Shown here in pieces: positions 48,969-58,385 of a stretch of 64,000 nt of DNA. A program made the position numbers and the translations under genes. The notes under the pieces are model-generated. The model was not told where the DNA came from and did not search any database. It saw only the letters and a program-made list of their open reading frames with translations. The stretch lies in the IMG/VR virus record IMGVR_UViG_3300028805_000055, positions 1-64,000 of that record; one strand, given 5' to 3'. This DNA comes from a virus (taxonomy: Duplodnaviria; Caudoviricetes). Positions within the stretch are counted from its first letter, which is position 1, and every line of letters begins with the position of its first letter.

Positions 48969-49292
48969 ATCGGATATGAATTAAAGTGTGAATACTTGCA
49001 GCCTATCTGATAGACTGCGTTAATTGTGATTGTGAGTGATAACTTTGTCGTTATCAGTTACATTGTGTTTCAGTAAGTCAAAGAGCGCATCATTTCTGAT
49101 TTCTGCTGCAAAGTTAAGCATTATTTTTCATCCCTGCAAGAAAAAAACGATTTTTTTTCGTAAAAAAGTGCATTTTTTCTATTTTCAATGACTGAAAATA
49201 TAGATAGCACACTATTTTGCTATTTCAGAGTTTACAAAAACACCCATTTTTGCATGATGACGTTTCCAGCATCATGCTGGTATAGGTAAGAA

Positions 49293-49360
49293 ATAAAAAG
49301 TTTTTACAAGCTAAGTGCCTATATAGTATATGTCGCTTAGGCTGGGTAAAAAGTTTTAAC
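49293..49360 (+). repeat. Symmetric box-core-box element, copy 2
   Basis: ATAAAAAGTTTTTAC...TATATAGTATATGT...GTAAAAAGTTTTAAC with the same spacing as copy 1. Confidence 0.8.
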
Positions 49361-49582
49361 AGTGCCATTCTTAGATGCTGGGCGATACCAGCAAACCAGC
49401 GAAAAAACGTCCACAATCGTTTAAAGTGGTGCTGGGGGTGTAATTATACCTTTGGCTGGGTGTTCGCCCGTTGTGGACGATTTCTGATAGGTTTACGGGC
49501 ATCATCCGTATTTCTCTTATATTGGAATAAAAGAAAAATCCCCAACTTGTTAGGCTGGGGATTTTGCTGGGAGTGCTGGGAG

Positions 49583-51109
49583 TTACTTTTTAAATTCCAC
49601 CGCAAAAAGGTCTTTTTGCTCCATATTAACGAACACTAATTCTTTCTTGGCTCGTGTTATTGCCACATAGCGCAAGTTCATTTCTTGCTCTAATTCCCAA
49701 TCCTTTTGCCCTTTCCAAGTAAGCGGGAGTTTGTTAGGGAGCAGGATAACAACTCTATCGGATTCCAAACCCTTAGATTTGTGGCAAGTGCTAAGTGTCA
49801 CGGCATTGGCGATATTGGCATCATTGAAAAGTTGCTCGATAGTGTTCTTAACTGCATCCAAGTTAGAGTTATTTTCGCCAATACAAAGAATGCAGTCGAT
49901 ACGGTCACAATAGGCAATATATCTACCAGTTTCCTTTGCTTCTTCTGGGGTCATTTGCTCTTTCTTTGCAATCTCTTTAGCCAGTTTGTTTTTCTCGTTA
50001 TCAGCCCAAGTTTCAAAACCCTTAATGGTCTTTGCCTTACTCTTATCAATCATAGTGATAAGACCATTGGCGATGTCACGACCCTTAACAACTGCGGTAA
50101 CACCAGCACGGATAAGTTTAAGACACATAACCACTAATGGTGCAGCAGTGCGGCAAAGCACCATATCGTTTGCCTTAAACGTGTCTAAAGTGAGTTGGTT
50201 GATGCTTGTTACTTCGCCAGCTATTGCACCAGCATGAGCCTGTATTTCGGGGACTACTTCTTGCGCCAGCTCAATGATATTGTAGCCACAACGATAGTTA
50301 ACTGATAGCGGCAACTCCTTTGTATTGGGGAGTGTAGCAATCTTATTGAATGACTGACAATCAGCACCAGCAAAGCCGTTGATAGCTTGTCGCCTATCGC
50401 CAACGGCTACGAAACGTCCACCTTTTGCAGCAGCCAGCATCAGTTCGCGTTGTGCTGCACTAAGGTCTTGGCATTCGTCAATGAAAACCACCTTATAGCT
50501 GGGAATCTGCTGGGGATAGGAAAGCGGGAGCACCAGCATATCCGTGAAATCAATTTCCAACTTACCATTTAGGTTAAGTTCATAGGCATCAGCCAGCAAC
50601 ATATCGACAACACTAACTTCGTTAGCCAGCGGAGTGATAGAGTGCTCCTCACAGATGGCTTTGATAGACTCCGTATCACCCTGATGGATAAGGTTAATAC
50701 GACACAAGCGGAACAACTTATCAGCATTGTTCAAAGCCTTAATGTAGTCTTTGTCGTCACGATTGAGCGAAAGCATATTATCATCCTTAATGATATTGAT
50801 ATACTTTCTATCGTTGATGTCGAATTTGCGGTCTTTGCCAGCAATCTTTTTCAGCACGGAGTAGCCAAAAGAATGCAGGGTTGAAACGTCGGCATAATTG
50901 CCAATCTTATAGGATAACTCCTTAACAATAGAGTTATTGAATGCCAAAAACTTCACATCAAATTTGCCCAAGTGGAGTCGTTTGCAGCACTCCACAATTG
51001 TGGTGGTCTTACCACTACCAGCAACTGCATTGATAGCAAGGTTTGTGCTACCGTTTTCAACCTCGTTGAAGATGTTCAACTGATACTGAGAAAAATTCAT
51101 TTTTGCCAT
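49583..51109 (-). CDS. UvrD/Rep-like SF1 helicase (paralog of 26757..28550)
   Basis: AVAGSGKTT, DECQD, GDRRQAINGFAGAD, NYRCG, STCHKSKGLE, YVAITRAK. Confidence 0.93.
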   Translation of the reverse strand: MAKMNFSQYQLNIFNEVENGSTNLAINAVAGSGKTTTIVECCKRLHLGKFDVKFLAFNNSIVKELSYKIGNYADVSTLHSFGYSVLKKIAGKDRKFDINDRKYINIIKDDNMLSLNRDDKDYIKALNNADKLFRLCRINLIHQGDTESIKAICEEHSITPLANEVSVVDMLLADAYELNLNGKLEIDFTDMLVLPLSYPQQIPSYKVVFIDECQDLSAAQRELMLAAAKGGRFVAVGDRRQAINGFAGADCQSFNKIATLPNTKELPLSVNYRCGYNIIELAQEVVPEIQAHAGAIAGEVTSINQLTLDTFKANDMVLCRTAAPLVVMCLKLIRAGVTAVVKGRDIANGLITMIDKSKAKTIKGFETWADNEKNKLAKEIAKKEQMTPEEAKETGRYIAYCDRIDCILCIGENNSNLDAVKNTIEQLFNDANIANAVTLSTCHKSKGLESDRVVILLPNKLPLTWKGQKDWELEQEMNLRYVAITRAKKELVFVNMEQKDLFAVEFKK

Positions 51110-51252
51110 AACGATTAAGTTTTTAATAAATTAAATATTCAAAATTTGGGTGCAAAATTAATGGTTTTCCAGCATATTTCCAAATAATTTATGATAAATT
51201 TAGAGAATTTAAGGAATTTTTAGAAATCAGCAGGGTGTGATGTTGTAAAAAA

Positions 51253-51319
51253 ATAAAAACTTTTTACAAACTGAATGCCTATATAGTATATGTCATTTTG
51301 CTTGATAAAAAATCTTTAC
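51253..51319 (+). repeat. Symmetric box-core-box element, copy 3
   Basis: ATAAAAACTTTTTAC...TATATAGTATATGT...ATAAAAAATCTTTAC. Confidence 0.8.
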
Positions 51320-51446
51320 AGCGGGTCTGCTGGGGAAAAGTAAAAAAATCGTACAAGCGGCAAATCAATTATATTACGAAGTAATATGGGTCAAAGAAAA
51401 ATCTTGACAAATCGTAGGGGGTAGGGGGTTATAGGTGTGTCGCCCT

Positions 51447-51634
51447 GCTGGTAGGCTGGTTGATACTGGTAGTTGTCCAGAGTCCAGCAGGATGGTAGGC
51501 TGGTAGCCTGCTGGTGTGCTGGTAGCTTGCAGGCTGGTGACTGGTGCTGGGAGTGCTGGTGTGTGTGTACCTGTCGCCTGTCACGTCGCTGGTAGCTGGG
51601 AGTGCTGGTATGCGTTGTGCTGGTGTGCTGGTGG
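51447..51634 (+). repeat. Strand-biased GCTGG array
   Basis: 13 GCTGG on the + strand in 188 bp, versus 1 on the - strand. Confidence 0.85.
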
Positions 51635-51931
51635 TGTGCGTCACGATGTGTTATGTGTGTGTGATGTTTCACGTGGAACATACACAATAATATTATTTTA
51701 CATCATGATAATCATGTATGATGTGTTATGATATTATATAATGTGGTGATGTGATGTATTGTGTTGTATGTGTTGTGTATATCACTAAATGTACTTTTTT
51801 AAGTCTTATATATAAAGAAACCAGCACGAGTTTCACAACTGATGCTGGCTGAATATGAAACATCATTAATCAAAACTTAAATCGTATAGCATTATGCAAT
51901 ATGTACTTTTAAAAGTACAAAGGAGTCAATG

Positions 51932-52174
51932 CTACTTGGTCATAGCATTGAGTTCCTTCTTGATGCGTCTGGCGGTTTCACCTCTCCAGCTACTTGCGTT
52001 AGCAAGGAAATAGAGTACGATGCTCTTACCAGAGTCCCAGCCGTAGTTGTCATTGACTGACTCCAGGCACGACATTGCGTCAAGGTAAGGTTTTGCACCA
52101 AAGTAGATATTCTTCCAATCATTGCGGATTTCTTTTGCTACCTCGTACAGAGGTCTTGTTGTTTGCTTTGCCAT
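51932..52174 (-). CDS. Conserved small phage early protein
   Basis: RPLYEVAKEIRNDW...AKPYLDAM...YFLANASSWRGETARRIKKEL; start adjusted. Confidence 0.75.
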   Translation of the reverse strand: MAKQTTRPLYEVAKEIRNDWKNIYFGAKPYLDAMSCLESVNDNYGWDSGKSIVLYFLANASSWRGETARRIKKELNAMTK

Positions 52175-52308
52175 AATAACTAATGTTTTAAGTATTACCC
52201 TCGGACTATCCTTAGGTTTCTGTGTGCAAAGGTAATAATAAAAAATGGAACTACCAAATAATAGTCCCATTTTTTAACAACTTTTATGAATTTACTGATT
52301 CAAAACCT

Positions 52309-53034
52309 TTACACACCAAACTTGTAGTCTGCCTTAACCTTGCCGCTTGGTGTCTTGATGTTGATGTGTAGCTTGGTTTGGTTGCTGCCGTACCACTCTG
52401 ATTCTTGGTATTGGGCAATCTCATAGTCGTAATCGTCACCATAACTGAAACACTCTTCTACGTCAAATCTAAGGGTGTCCTTGCTTGTTCTGTGCTTGCG
52501 AATGGTGTCGATGATGTTCTGACATTGTTTGGCATCATAACACAGATACTTGCGTGTGCCACTCTCAGACCAACTTGAACGTTTGCCGCATACCCTTGCA
52601 AAGAATACTTCTGTTTCGCCAAGTGACTTGTTAGCATACTTCTCTAATAGTTTATATAGGCTGATGAACTCCTTGCACGGCTTGGCATAAATCTCAACTC
52701 TCTCAAAGCGAACTTCTTGGGGTGTCCAATAGCCATCGCCATAGGTCTTGCTATATACTTTGCACCTGACGTTGGAAAGGGCAACTGCATCATTAAGGAT
52801 GCGGATAAAGGCAGCATCGTCTATCTCCTTATCATCATAGGTATAGGAGTTACCGCCAAACTTAATCTCTGAATATGCCCACTTGGAGTTACGACCAAAG
52901 CCACTTGACCAATTGGATAACTTAATGTCTAACTCGCAGTTGGTTTTCTTGCCCATCTGCTTGAATGTTTCCTTGATGTGGTTTGCAATCAGCATAACCA
53001 ACTTTTCTCTCTGTAAATTCTTAATCTTCTCCAT
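52309..53034 (-). CDS. Hypothetical early protein
   Basis: Promoter at 53061. Confidence 0.7.
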   Translation of the reverse strand: MEKIKNLQREKLVMLIANHIKETFKQMGKKTNCELDIKLSNWSSGFGRNSKWAYSEIKFGGNSYTYDDKEIDDAAFIRILNDAVALSNVRCKVYSKTYGDGYWTPQEVRFERVEIYAKPCKEFISLYKLLEKYANKSLGETEVFFARVCGKRSSWSESGTRKYLCYDAKQCQNIIDTIRKHRTSKDTLRFDVEECFSYGDDYDYEIAQYQESEWYGSNQTKLHINIKTPSGKVKADYKFGV

Positions 53035-53125
53035 GATGTTGTTTAATTGATTTCACGCTGCAAAGATACAAATAAAAATTGGAATAACAATGAGTTATCC
53101 CAATCTTTTATATTCTTTTAACAAA

Positions 53126-53479
53126 TCATAGTGCAACTTGAATACTATCCTTCCACTTCTCTTTACACGCCCTTAGTTTTTTATACATATGTGCAAGTTG
53201 TAACTCCATATCCTTGATGGCTCTGCGCTGGAGTTCGATAGCTTTCCTCTGAGCGTCTTTCTTGTCCACATACCAATAAATCCTTGTTGGCTCATTTTCA
53301 ATCGCTCTGGAGGCTTTATTTGTAATCTGTGAGGGTGAATAATAGCTGAATGATATTCCTATCGTATCATCATCAATGTGGCGTATTGACTTCACCGCAA
53401 CTCTGTTCACACTTCCTGGGGTTGCACTCCAAAAATAAGAGCCTTCAACTAAATCTCCGAAAGTTCTCTTCTTTTGCAT
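53126..53479 (-). CDS. Hypothetical protein
   Basis: ORF in early operon. Confidence 0.6.
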   Translation of the reverse strand: MQKKRTFGDLVEGSYFWSATPGSVNRVAVKSIRHIDDDTIGISFSYYSPSQITNKASRAIENEPTRIYWYVDKKDAQRKAIELQRRAIKDMELQLAHMYKKLRACKEKWKDSIQVAL

Positions 53480-53691
53480 AACTCATTAAAGTTTTGTAAG
53501 TTGTTTACAATAGTTCTCTTAATAGCAATCCGAATATCGGAATCATTGTAGTCTGGATAACCAGATGTTTCTACCACGTCCTTACACACATCATCCAGAA
53601 TTGCGCTCTGGATGCTCTCAATGTCGCTTGCATCCCACCATTGGAATAGGCTAAGGATTTGCTTTCTAACGTTCTCTTTAAGTTCTTCCAT
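53449..53691 (-). CDS. Hypothetical protein
   Basis: ORF in early operon. Confidence 0.6.
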   Translation of the reverse strand: MEELKENVRKQILSLFQWWDASDIESIQSAILDDVCKDVVETSGYPDYNDSDIRIAIKRTIVNNLQNFNELCKRRELSEI

Positions 53692-53704
53692 AATCGTTAT
53701 TGTT

Positions 53705-53893
53705 TTATAGTGTATATACGTCTTTTCTCACATCATACTTCTGGTACTCAATCTTCTCACCTAAGAGCCTTGCAGTTCTCTTACAATCCAGAACATCTTC
53801 CCAAGTGCATCCCATTGTGGTGCGATAGCAGAATCCGTTATGAATCCAATCTACTGAATAGATATTCGTTTTCTTAACAATCTTTCTTCTCAT
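53705..53893 (-). CDS. Hypothetical protein
   Basis: Start adjusted to MRRK. Confidence 0.55.
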   Translation of the reverse strand: MRRKIVKKTNIYSVDWIHNGFCYRTTMGCTWEDVLDCKRTARLLGEKIEYQKYDVRKDVYTL

Positions 53894-53897
53894 AGCC

Positions 53898-54248
53898 TTA
53901 ATCGTTTTCAATAAAGAATACATCTGTGTAATCACCTCCCATAAACTTCGGGGTTAACTTCTGTCTGCCCTTAAAGTCCTCCATTGCTTCTGCCCTATCG
54001 TTGAAATAGGTAATGCTCTGATAACCTACCAAGCCATTGTTATAGCGGATGGATGCGGGAACACCAAATCTATTCTCATAAATCGTTCCACAATCCTCTT
54101 TAACCTCTGTGTAGGCTACTGCATACTTGCAAGCCTTGAAAGAGCCACTAAAGACCTTTTTCTTATCCTCTCCGATAACGTAATAGTTGTTATCAATGGC
54201 GAAAGAAATTCGCTTGCCCTCTGTTGTAAATGATTGTCTTGTTCTCAT
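53898..54248 (-). CDS. Hypothetical protein
   Basis: ATGA-coupled ORF. Confidence 0.6.
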   Translation of the reverse strand: MRTRQSFTTEGKRISFAIDNNYYVIGEDKKKVFSGSFKACKYAVAYTEVKEDCGTIYENRFGVPASIRYNNGLVGYQSITYFNDRAEAMEDFKGRQKLTPKFMGGDYTDVFFIEND

Positions 54249-54556
54249 AACCTTATATCAATATCGTTAAATAACTTAGATGAATCCCACATATTTCTGT
54301 TCTCGTCCTTGCACCACTTCTCATATTGGTCGCACGATAGTCTTTCTTCAAGTTCTACCTTGAACACACAGACCTTATCACATCTGTATCGGTAGAGCAG
54401 GGTGTTAGCCTTTTTCCTTGCACTCTCAAAGTATGTGTAAGCCTTTATATGGTGACGGAAAATCCAACTCACCACATTACCCTCTTGTAGTGTGCATCCA
54501 ACTCCATCTACGAATACCACTACGATAAATCTTGTTGTTGTTGATACGTTTGCCAT
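54245..54556 (-). CDS. Hypothetical early protein
   Basis: Promoter at 54584; start adjusted to MANV. Confidence 0.6.
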   Translation of the reverse strand: MANVSTTTRFIVVVFVDGVGCTLQEGNVVSWIFRHHIKAYTYFESARKKANTLLYRYRCDKVCVFKVELEERLSCDQYEKWCKDENRNMWDSSKLFNDIDIRL

Positions 54557-54730
54557 AACTTTGTTGTTTATTGATTTCGGGTACAAAGGTAGTCATAATT
54601 TTCCATACTACCAAATTTATTAAGATTATTTAAGAAAAAAATGGCTGGGGTCTTTCACAAGTGCCCAGCCATAAAGAATGAATAACTAAAAACCTAAAAC
54701 TTAATATGTTATGACACAAAACCAAACTTC

Positions 54731-55414
54731 TTACCAATTTGCAGCCTTTCTAAAGACTTCTTTGTATATGGCTTGGAGTTCTTCCACCGACTTGCCAAAC
54801 AACTCGTCTACATGGCTCTTTGCGTACTCTTTGACTGCATCCTTGCCTGCGTAATAGGCTTTCCGCAATCTATCGTTATGCTCCATCCGATGCCAACAAT
54901 CCCACTTCTCATAGAAATAGTTACTTACGGGGTTGGTTATCTTCCATCCTGCAATGGATTCCAACTTCTTAGCCTTATCCCTCTCTGCCTTCTCAATATA
55001 CTTCCAATAGACGTACTCCATAAGGATGCAGCGCAGGGTGCGAACGATGTCCTCTGAATTGTAGGTGTATGAGCCTGCAATATGACCATACCAAGTGCCA
55101 CCTCTCTTGAACTCTGACAAACTTTTACCTATTGATGAATCAGTGCTACTATTTTGAATATAGAGCATCAGAAATGCCCTGCCTTGATACTCATAGATGA
55201 ACTCGATGGTGCTATTCCAATCGTTACCAACTCTGCGCTCTGAATTGATGTAGAATCTGTCCCTGCCATCCCTGCACTCCTTGTAGATACGGATGATGGT
55301 TGCATCATTGACGTTCATCACTTCTTTTGCGCTAAGGTTCTTAATGACCTCTAACTTCTTCTCTGCCTTTGTCCTCCCGAAAAGGAACTCATTGATGTTA
55401 ATGCTCTGTTCCAT
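54731..55414 (-). CDS. Hypothetical early protein
   Basis: Promoter at 55440. Confidence 0.7.
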   Translation of the reverse strand: MEQSININEFLFGRTKAEKKLEVIKNLSAKEVMNVNDATIIRIYKECRDGRDRFYINSERRVGNDWNSTIEFIYEYQGRAFLMLYIQNSSTDSSIGKSLSEFKRGGTWYGHIAGSYTYNSEDIVRTLRCILMEYVYWKYIEKAERDKAKKLESIAGWKITNPVSNYFYEKWDCWHRMEHNDRLRKAYYAGKDAVKEYAKSHVDELFGKSVEELQAIYKEVFRKAANW

Positions 55415-55538
55415 AATGATGTTGTTTAAATTGTCGATGCAAAGGTAGTCATTATTTCTGATACTACCAAATTTTTCTCGATTTTTTAATATCTTTTAAG
55501 AAATCCCCACCACCAAGTTGATGGTGGGGTCAGGTGCT

Positions 55539-56294
55539 TTAAATATACTTAGCCAGCAAAATCATGGCATTTTTGTTAGTCTTTAACTTGTTAATGGCAA
55601 TAACTGAAATCTGCCTAATTCTTTCCTCTGTCTGTCCGTAGTCCTCTGCCACCTGCCATCTGCTTTTTGCCGTAGTTCCAATGCCATAGAGTACGCAAAT
55701 GATGTTGGCTTCCTTTTCATCCAGCAGGCTATTGATAACTCTCAATAGGTCAGTCAACAATGACTCGTTAGACTCTTTATCAGTTGTGGTGCAAAGAACG
55801 TCACCCAATGTAGCATTATTATCATCATCAGTAAGGGGAGCATCCAGCGATGTGTGCCTTGTGGTGGCATCCTTATGGTAGTCGGCTACGATGCGGCTTG
55901 ACTTCTTAATCTCTTCGAGAATGGCAGCACGAATGTCATTGACTGCGAATGATAAGAACTTCACACCAATGGTAGGGTCGAACTTGTCTGCGGCTTTCAT
56001 CAGACCTATATTGCCAGCAGAAATCAAATCCATAGTAGTAAGGCAACCGCCACAACCATAGTAATGCTCTCTTACGATGGAGATAACACCACGCAGATTA
56101 GAGTTGATTAACTTCTCCTTTGCAGCCTTGTTACCAGCCTTAATCTGAAAAGCTAACTCCACTTCTTCATCAGTTGTCAGCACTGGGAACACATTCACTG
56201 CTGCGTAATAGGCAGCTAACTCGCTGGTTCTCTCTGTGATTACTTCACTATTCTTTTTACTTCCAAAATAGATGGAATTAAGTTTGTTTGTCAT
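55539..56294 (-). CDS. Sigma-70 family (RpoD/SigA-like) sigma factor
   Basis: LTTDEEVELA, LINSNLR.VISI, DLISAGNIGLMKAADKFDP..G.KFLSFA, SLDAPL, TEERIRQI...AINKLK. Confidence 0.9.
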   Translation of the reverse strand: MTNKLNSIYFGSKKNSEVITERTSELAAYYAAVNVFPVLTTDEEVELAFQIKAGNKAAKEKLINSNLRGVISIVREHYYGCGGCLTTMDLISAGNIGLMKAADKFDPTIGVKFLSFAVNDIRAAILEEIKKSSRIVADYHKDATTRHTSLDAPLTDDDNNATLGDVLCTTTDKESNESLLTDLLRVINSLLDEKEANIICVLYGIGTTAKSRWQVAEDYGQTEERIRQISVIAINKLKTNKNAMILLAKYI

Positions 56295-56453
56295 AACTCT
56301 TTTAGTTTTAATTTGACGTTTACCAACTACTATCGGTTGGATTCGAGGGCAAAGGTACAACGAATTTTTCTAACTACCAAATTTTTCTCGAATATTTAGC
56401 ATTTTTTAAGAAAAAAACTTGGAACTACCCTATTTTGGTAGTCCCAAGCCTTA

Positions 56454-56606
56454 TTAATGTGGTCTCGTCTTACTCTTGGCGTGACTCTGGATATGCTTGT
56501 TAAAGTCAGCCTTAATCTCTCTCATGCTCCTAACATGTACAGGGCTGTGGTGGTAGGGAGCTATCCTGCGCCCTGTAATTGGGTCGTAATACCTGTCTTC
56601 ATTCAT
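56454..56606 (-). CDS. Small hypothetical protein (50 aa)
   Basis: MNEDRYYDPITGRR..., followed by a terminator. Confidence 0.5.
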   Translation of the reverse strand: MNEDRYYDPITGRRIAPYHHSPVHVRSMREIKADFNKHIQSHAKSKTRPH

Positions 56607-56665
56607 ATAGATATAATATTAAGATTTAAACGTGCCGCCAAGTCGTAGCAACTGCTTTATATTAT

Positions 56666-56896
56666 TTATGCCCAACGTTTCCAATATGCTATTGAATTTG
56701 ATGTGCTAAAACCAAAATACTCTTTTATCCTATGTTCTGTTTCATCACCATCGTCAGTACTTGTAATCCTGCTATCCCACTTCCCACGATGGTACTCACC
56801 ACTACGATATAACTCACCAATAAGTTTTTCGTTTCGTGTGCGCCAAATAACGAGTAATGACCCATCATCGTGTTTATACATTGCAATCTTTACCAT
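56666..56896 (-). CDS. Hypothetical protein
   Basis: 76-aa ORF. Confidence 0.55.
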   Translation of the reverse strand: MVKIAMYKHDDGSLLVIWRTRNEKLIGELYRSGEYHRGKWDSRITSTDDGDETEHRIKEYFGFSTSNSIAYWKRWA

Positions 56897-56922
56897 ATTC
56901 TTTATCTCTTTTTGTTTTTAGC

Positions 56923-57132
56923 CTATCCGTTATTAGTATATGCGTGGTCGAACTCATTGCGCAGGTCTTTGTACGTGTCTGCGTCCTCTACGAGTAATAC
57001 TTCACTCGGCTCTGCGCCACAGGCAAGGGCTTCTGTAGTGAACAGGGGAATATTCTCCCACTTGTCCTTAATCTCTTTCATCGTTTCTCCCTCGATGTAG
57101 ATGTCTGCTGAAAACTTAATTCTTATTTCCAT
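56923..57132 (-). CDS. Hypothetical protein
   Basis: 69-aa ORF. Confidence 0.6.
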   Translation of the reverse strand: MEIRIKFSADIYIEGETMKEIKDKWENIPLFTTEALACGAEPSEVLLVEDADTYKDLRNEFDHAYTNNG

Positions 57133-57145
57133 AGTGATATTGCTT

Positions 57146-57177
57146 TTAATATAGCCTACTTGTACTTTTCTAAGTAC
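57146..57177 (-). promoter_or_regulatory. Putative second-class promoter/operator (palindromic GTACTT-N4-AAGTAC + TATA)
   Basis: Same 32-bp layout at 58921-58952 and 59936-59967; the palindrome alone at 51790 and 51902. Confidence 0.6.
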
Positions 57178-57178
57178 A

Positions 57179-57409
57179 TTATACCATTCTCAGAGTAACC
57201 TTTTCAATGTCACGTCCTTTGAGTGTTACTTCAAAACATGAGCAGCCTCTAACCCATTCCTCTGGTGACTTAACATCTGGTTCATACATACAATCGCAAG
57301 AGTATTCTGCAATAACCTCGCCATCGTACATCATCTTAATGACGTTATCGTTCTCAGCCTTACGAGCCAAACGATTTACTTGTCTTACTAACTTAGTTAA
57401 TTTATCCAT
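57179..57409 (-). CDS. Hypothetical early protein
   Basis: Promoter at 57439. Confidence 0.6.
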   Translation of the reverse strand: MDKLTKLVRQVNRLARKAENDNVIKMMYDGEVIAEYSCDCMYEPDVKSPEEWVRGCSCFEVTLKGRDIEKVTLRMV

Positions 57410-57495
57410 ATAATTCGTTATTTAATTGTTTGACGTGGCAAAATTAAGTAAAAAGATTGGAACTACCAAAGGATAGCCCAATCTTTTAATATCTT

Positions 57496-58113
57496 TTAAG
57501 ATTCTGTATCATAGAGTTTACTGAGGCGTTCCAGTTCTTTTTCCTCAAACTTCTCCATTTCCAGTATGTAGTCACGTTCCTCGCTGCCTCCCTGCCAGTC
57601 CAGTTCACGCTCGAAGCGTATAGCAGCATGATGGAGCAGGTCTACTGCTACGTCGTAGCCTCCGACCTCAGACATATTATAAATCTTCTGATAGATGTCG
57701 GCAGCAAGCAGGATGAATGTTTCTGCCAGTTTATAGGCTTTATCGTGAGTGTACTTCACAAACACCTTATTCTTGGGGTCACAATCCAGTTTACCATACT
57801 TCATGCACACGTCGTACTGGTTGATTCCATCGTCGATGCCAGTGTAATCACAGATGGTGTTCTGCTTTCTCGGACACTCCTTGATGCAATCCATCTTAGA
57901 ATAGGTCATAAAGAGTCCGCTACCATCAGTGGCGATTGCCAGTCCGTCGTAGAACTCCATTTCAATTTCACACTCACCGTTTTCGTCGAACTTGTAGAGG
58001 CTCTTAAAAGGCTCTTCCAGTTTCTTAAACGCCTTACGGTTTGCAGGTGTATTGCTCACCAGTATGGTGTCAATGTAGTTGGGGATAATTTCAAATGTTC
58101 TTTCCATAATCAT
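57496..58113 (-). CDS. Hypothetical protein
   Basis: 205-aa ORF. Confidence 0.65.
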   Translation of the reverse strand: MIMERTFEIIPNYIDTILVSNTPANRKAFKKLEEPFKSLYKFDENGECEIEMEFYDGLAIATDGSGLFMTYSKMDCIKECPRKQNTICDYTGIDDGINQYDVCMKYGKLDCDPKNKVFVKYTHDKAYKLAETFILLAADIYQKIYNMSEVGGYDVAVDLLHHAAIRFERELDWQGGSEERDYILEMEKFEEKELERLSKLYDTES

Positions 58114-58118
58114 GTTGT

Positions 58119-58298
58119 TTAAATATATTCGACATTTAATCTATCTAACACGCTTTCTAATTCTCTCTTAGGCTCGATGCCGCAATAGTACTGCCCTACA
58201 AGACAACTTATAAGGCGATAGTTCTCATCCTCCTTGTTGTGGGAATTGAGCCATCTTACACCTGCGTTATATGCTCCTATTGGTTTATTTGCTCCCAT
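58119..58298 (-). CDS. Small hypothetical early protein (59 aa)
   Basis: MGANKPIGAY... directly after the promoter at 58329. Confidence 0.6.
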   Translation of the reverse strand: MGANKPIGAYNAGVRWLNSHNKEDENYRLISCLVGQYYCGIEPKRELESVLDRLNVEYI

Positions 58299-58385
58299 AA
58301 TGATAACGTTTTAAATTGTTTGACGCTGCAAAATTAAACAAAAAAAGTGGAACTGCCAAAGAAACAGCCCCACATTTAACAATTA

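Noticed and set aside
48071-51319. Protelomerase (hairpin telomere) site
   Set aside because: The elements are symmetric only in boxes and core, not long perfect palindromes; there are three copies and no protelomerase is visible.
51627-51634. E. coli Chi site
   Set aside because: Only one exact copy, and the host appears to be Bacteroidales, whose Chi sequence I cannot assume.
51391-51731. ORFs over the GCTGG array; CRISPR array
   Set aside because: Translations are low-complexity by-products of the repeat. There is no constant-length repeat/spacer period and no cas gene in the window.
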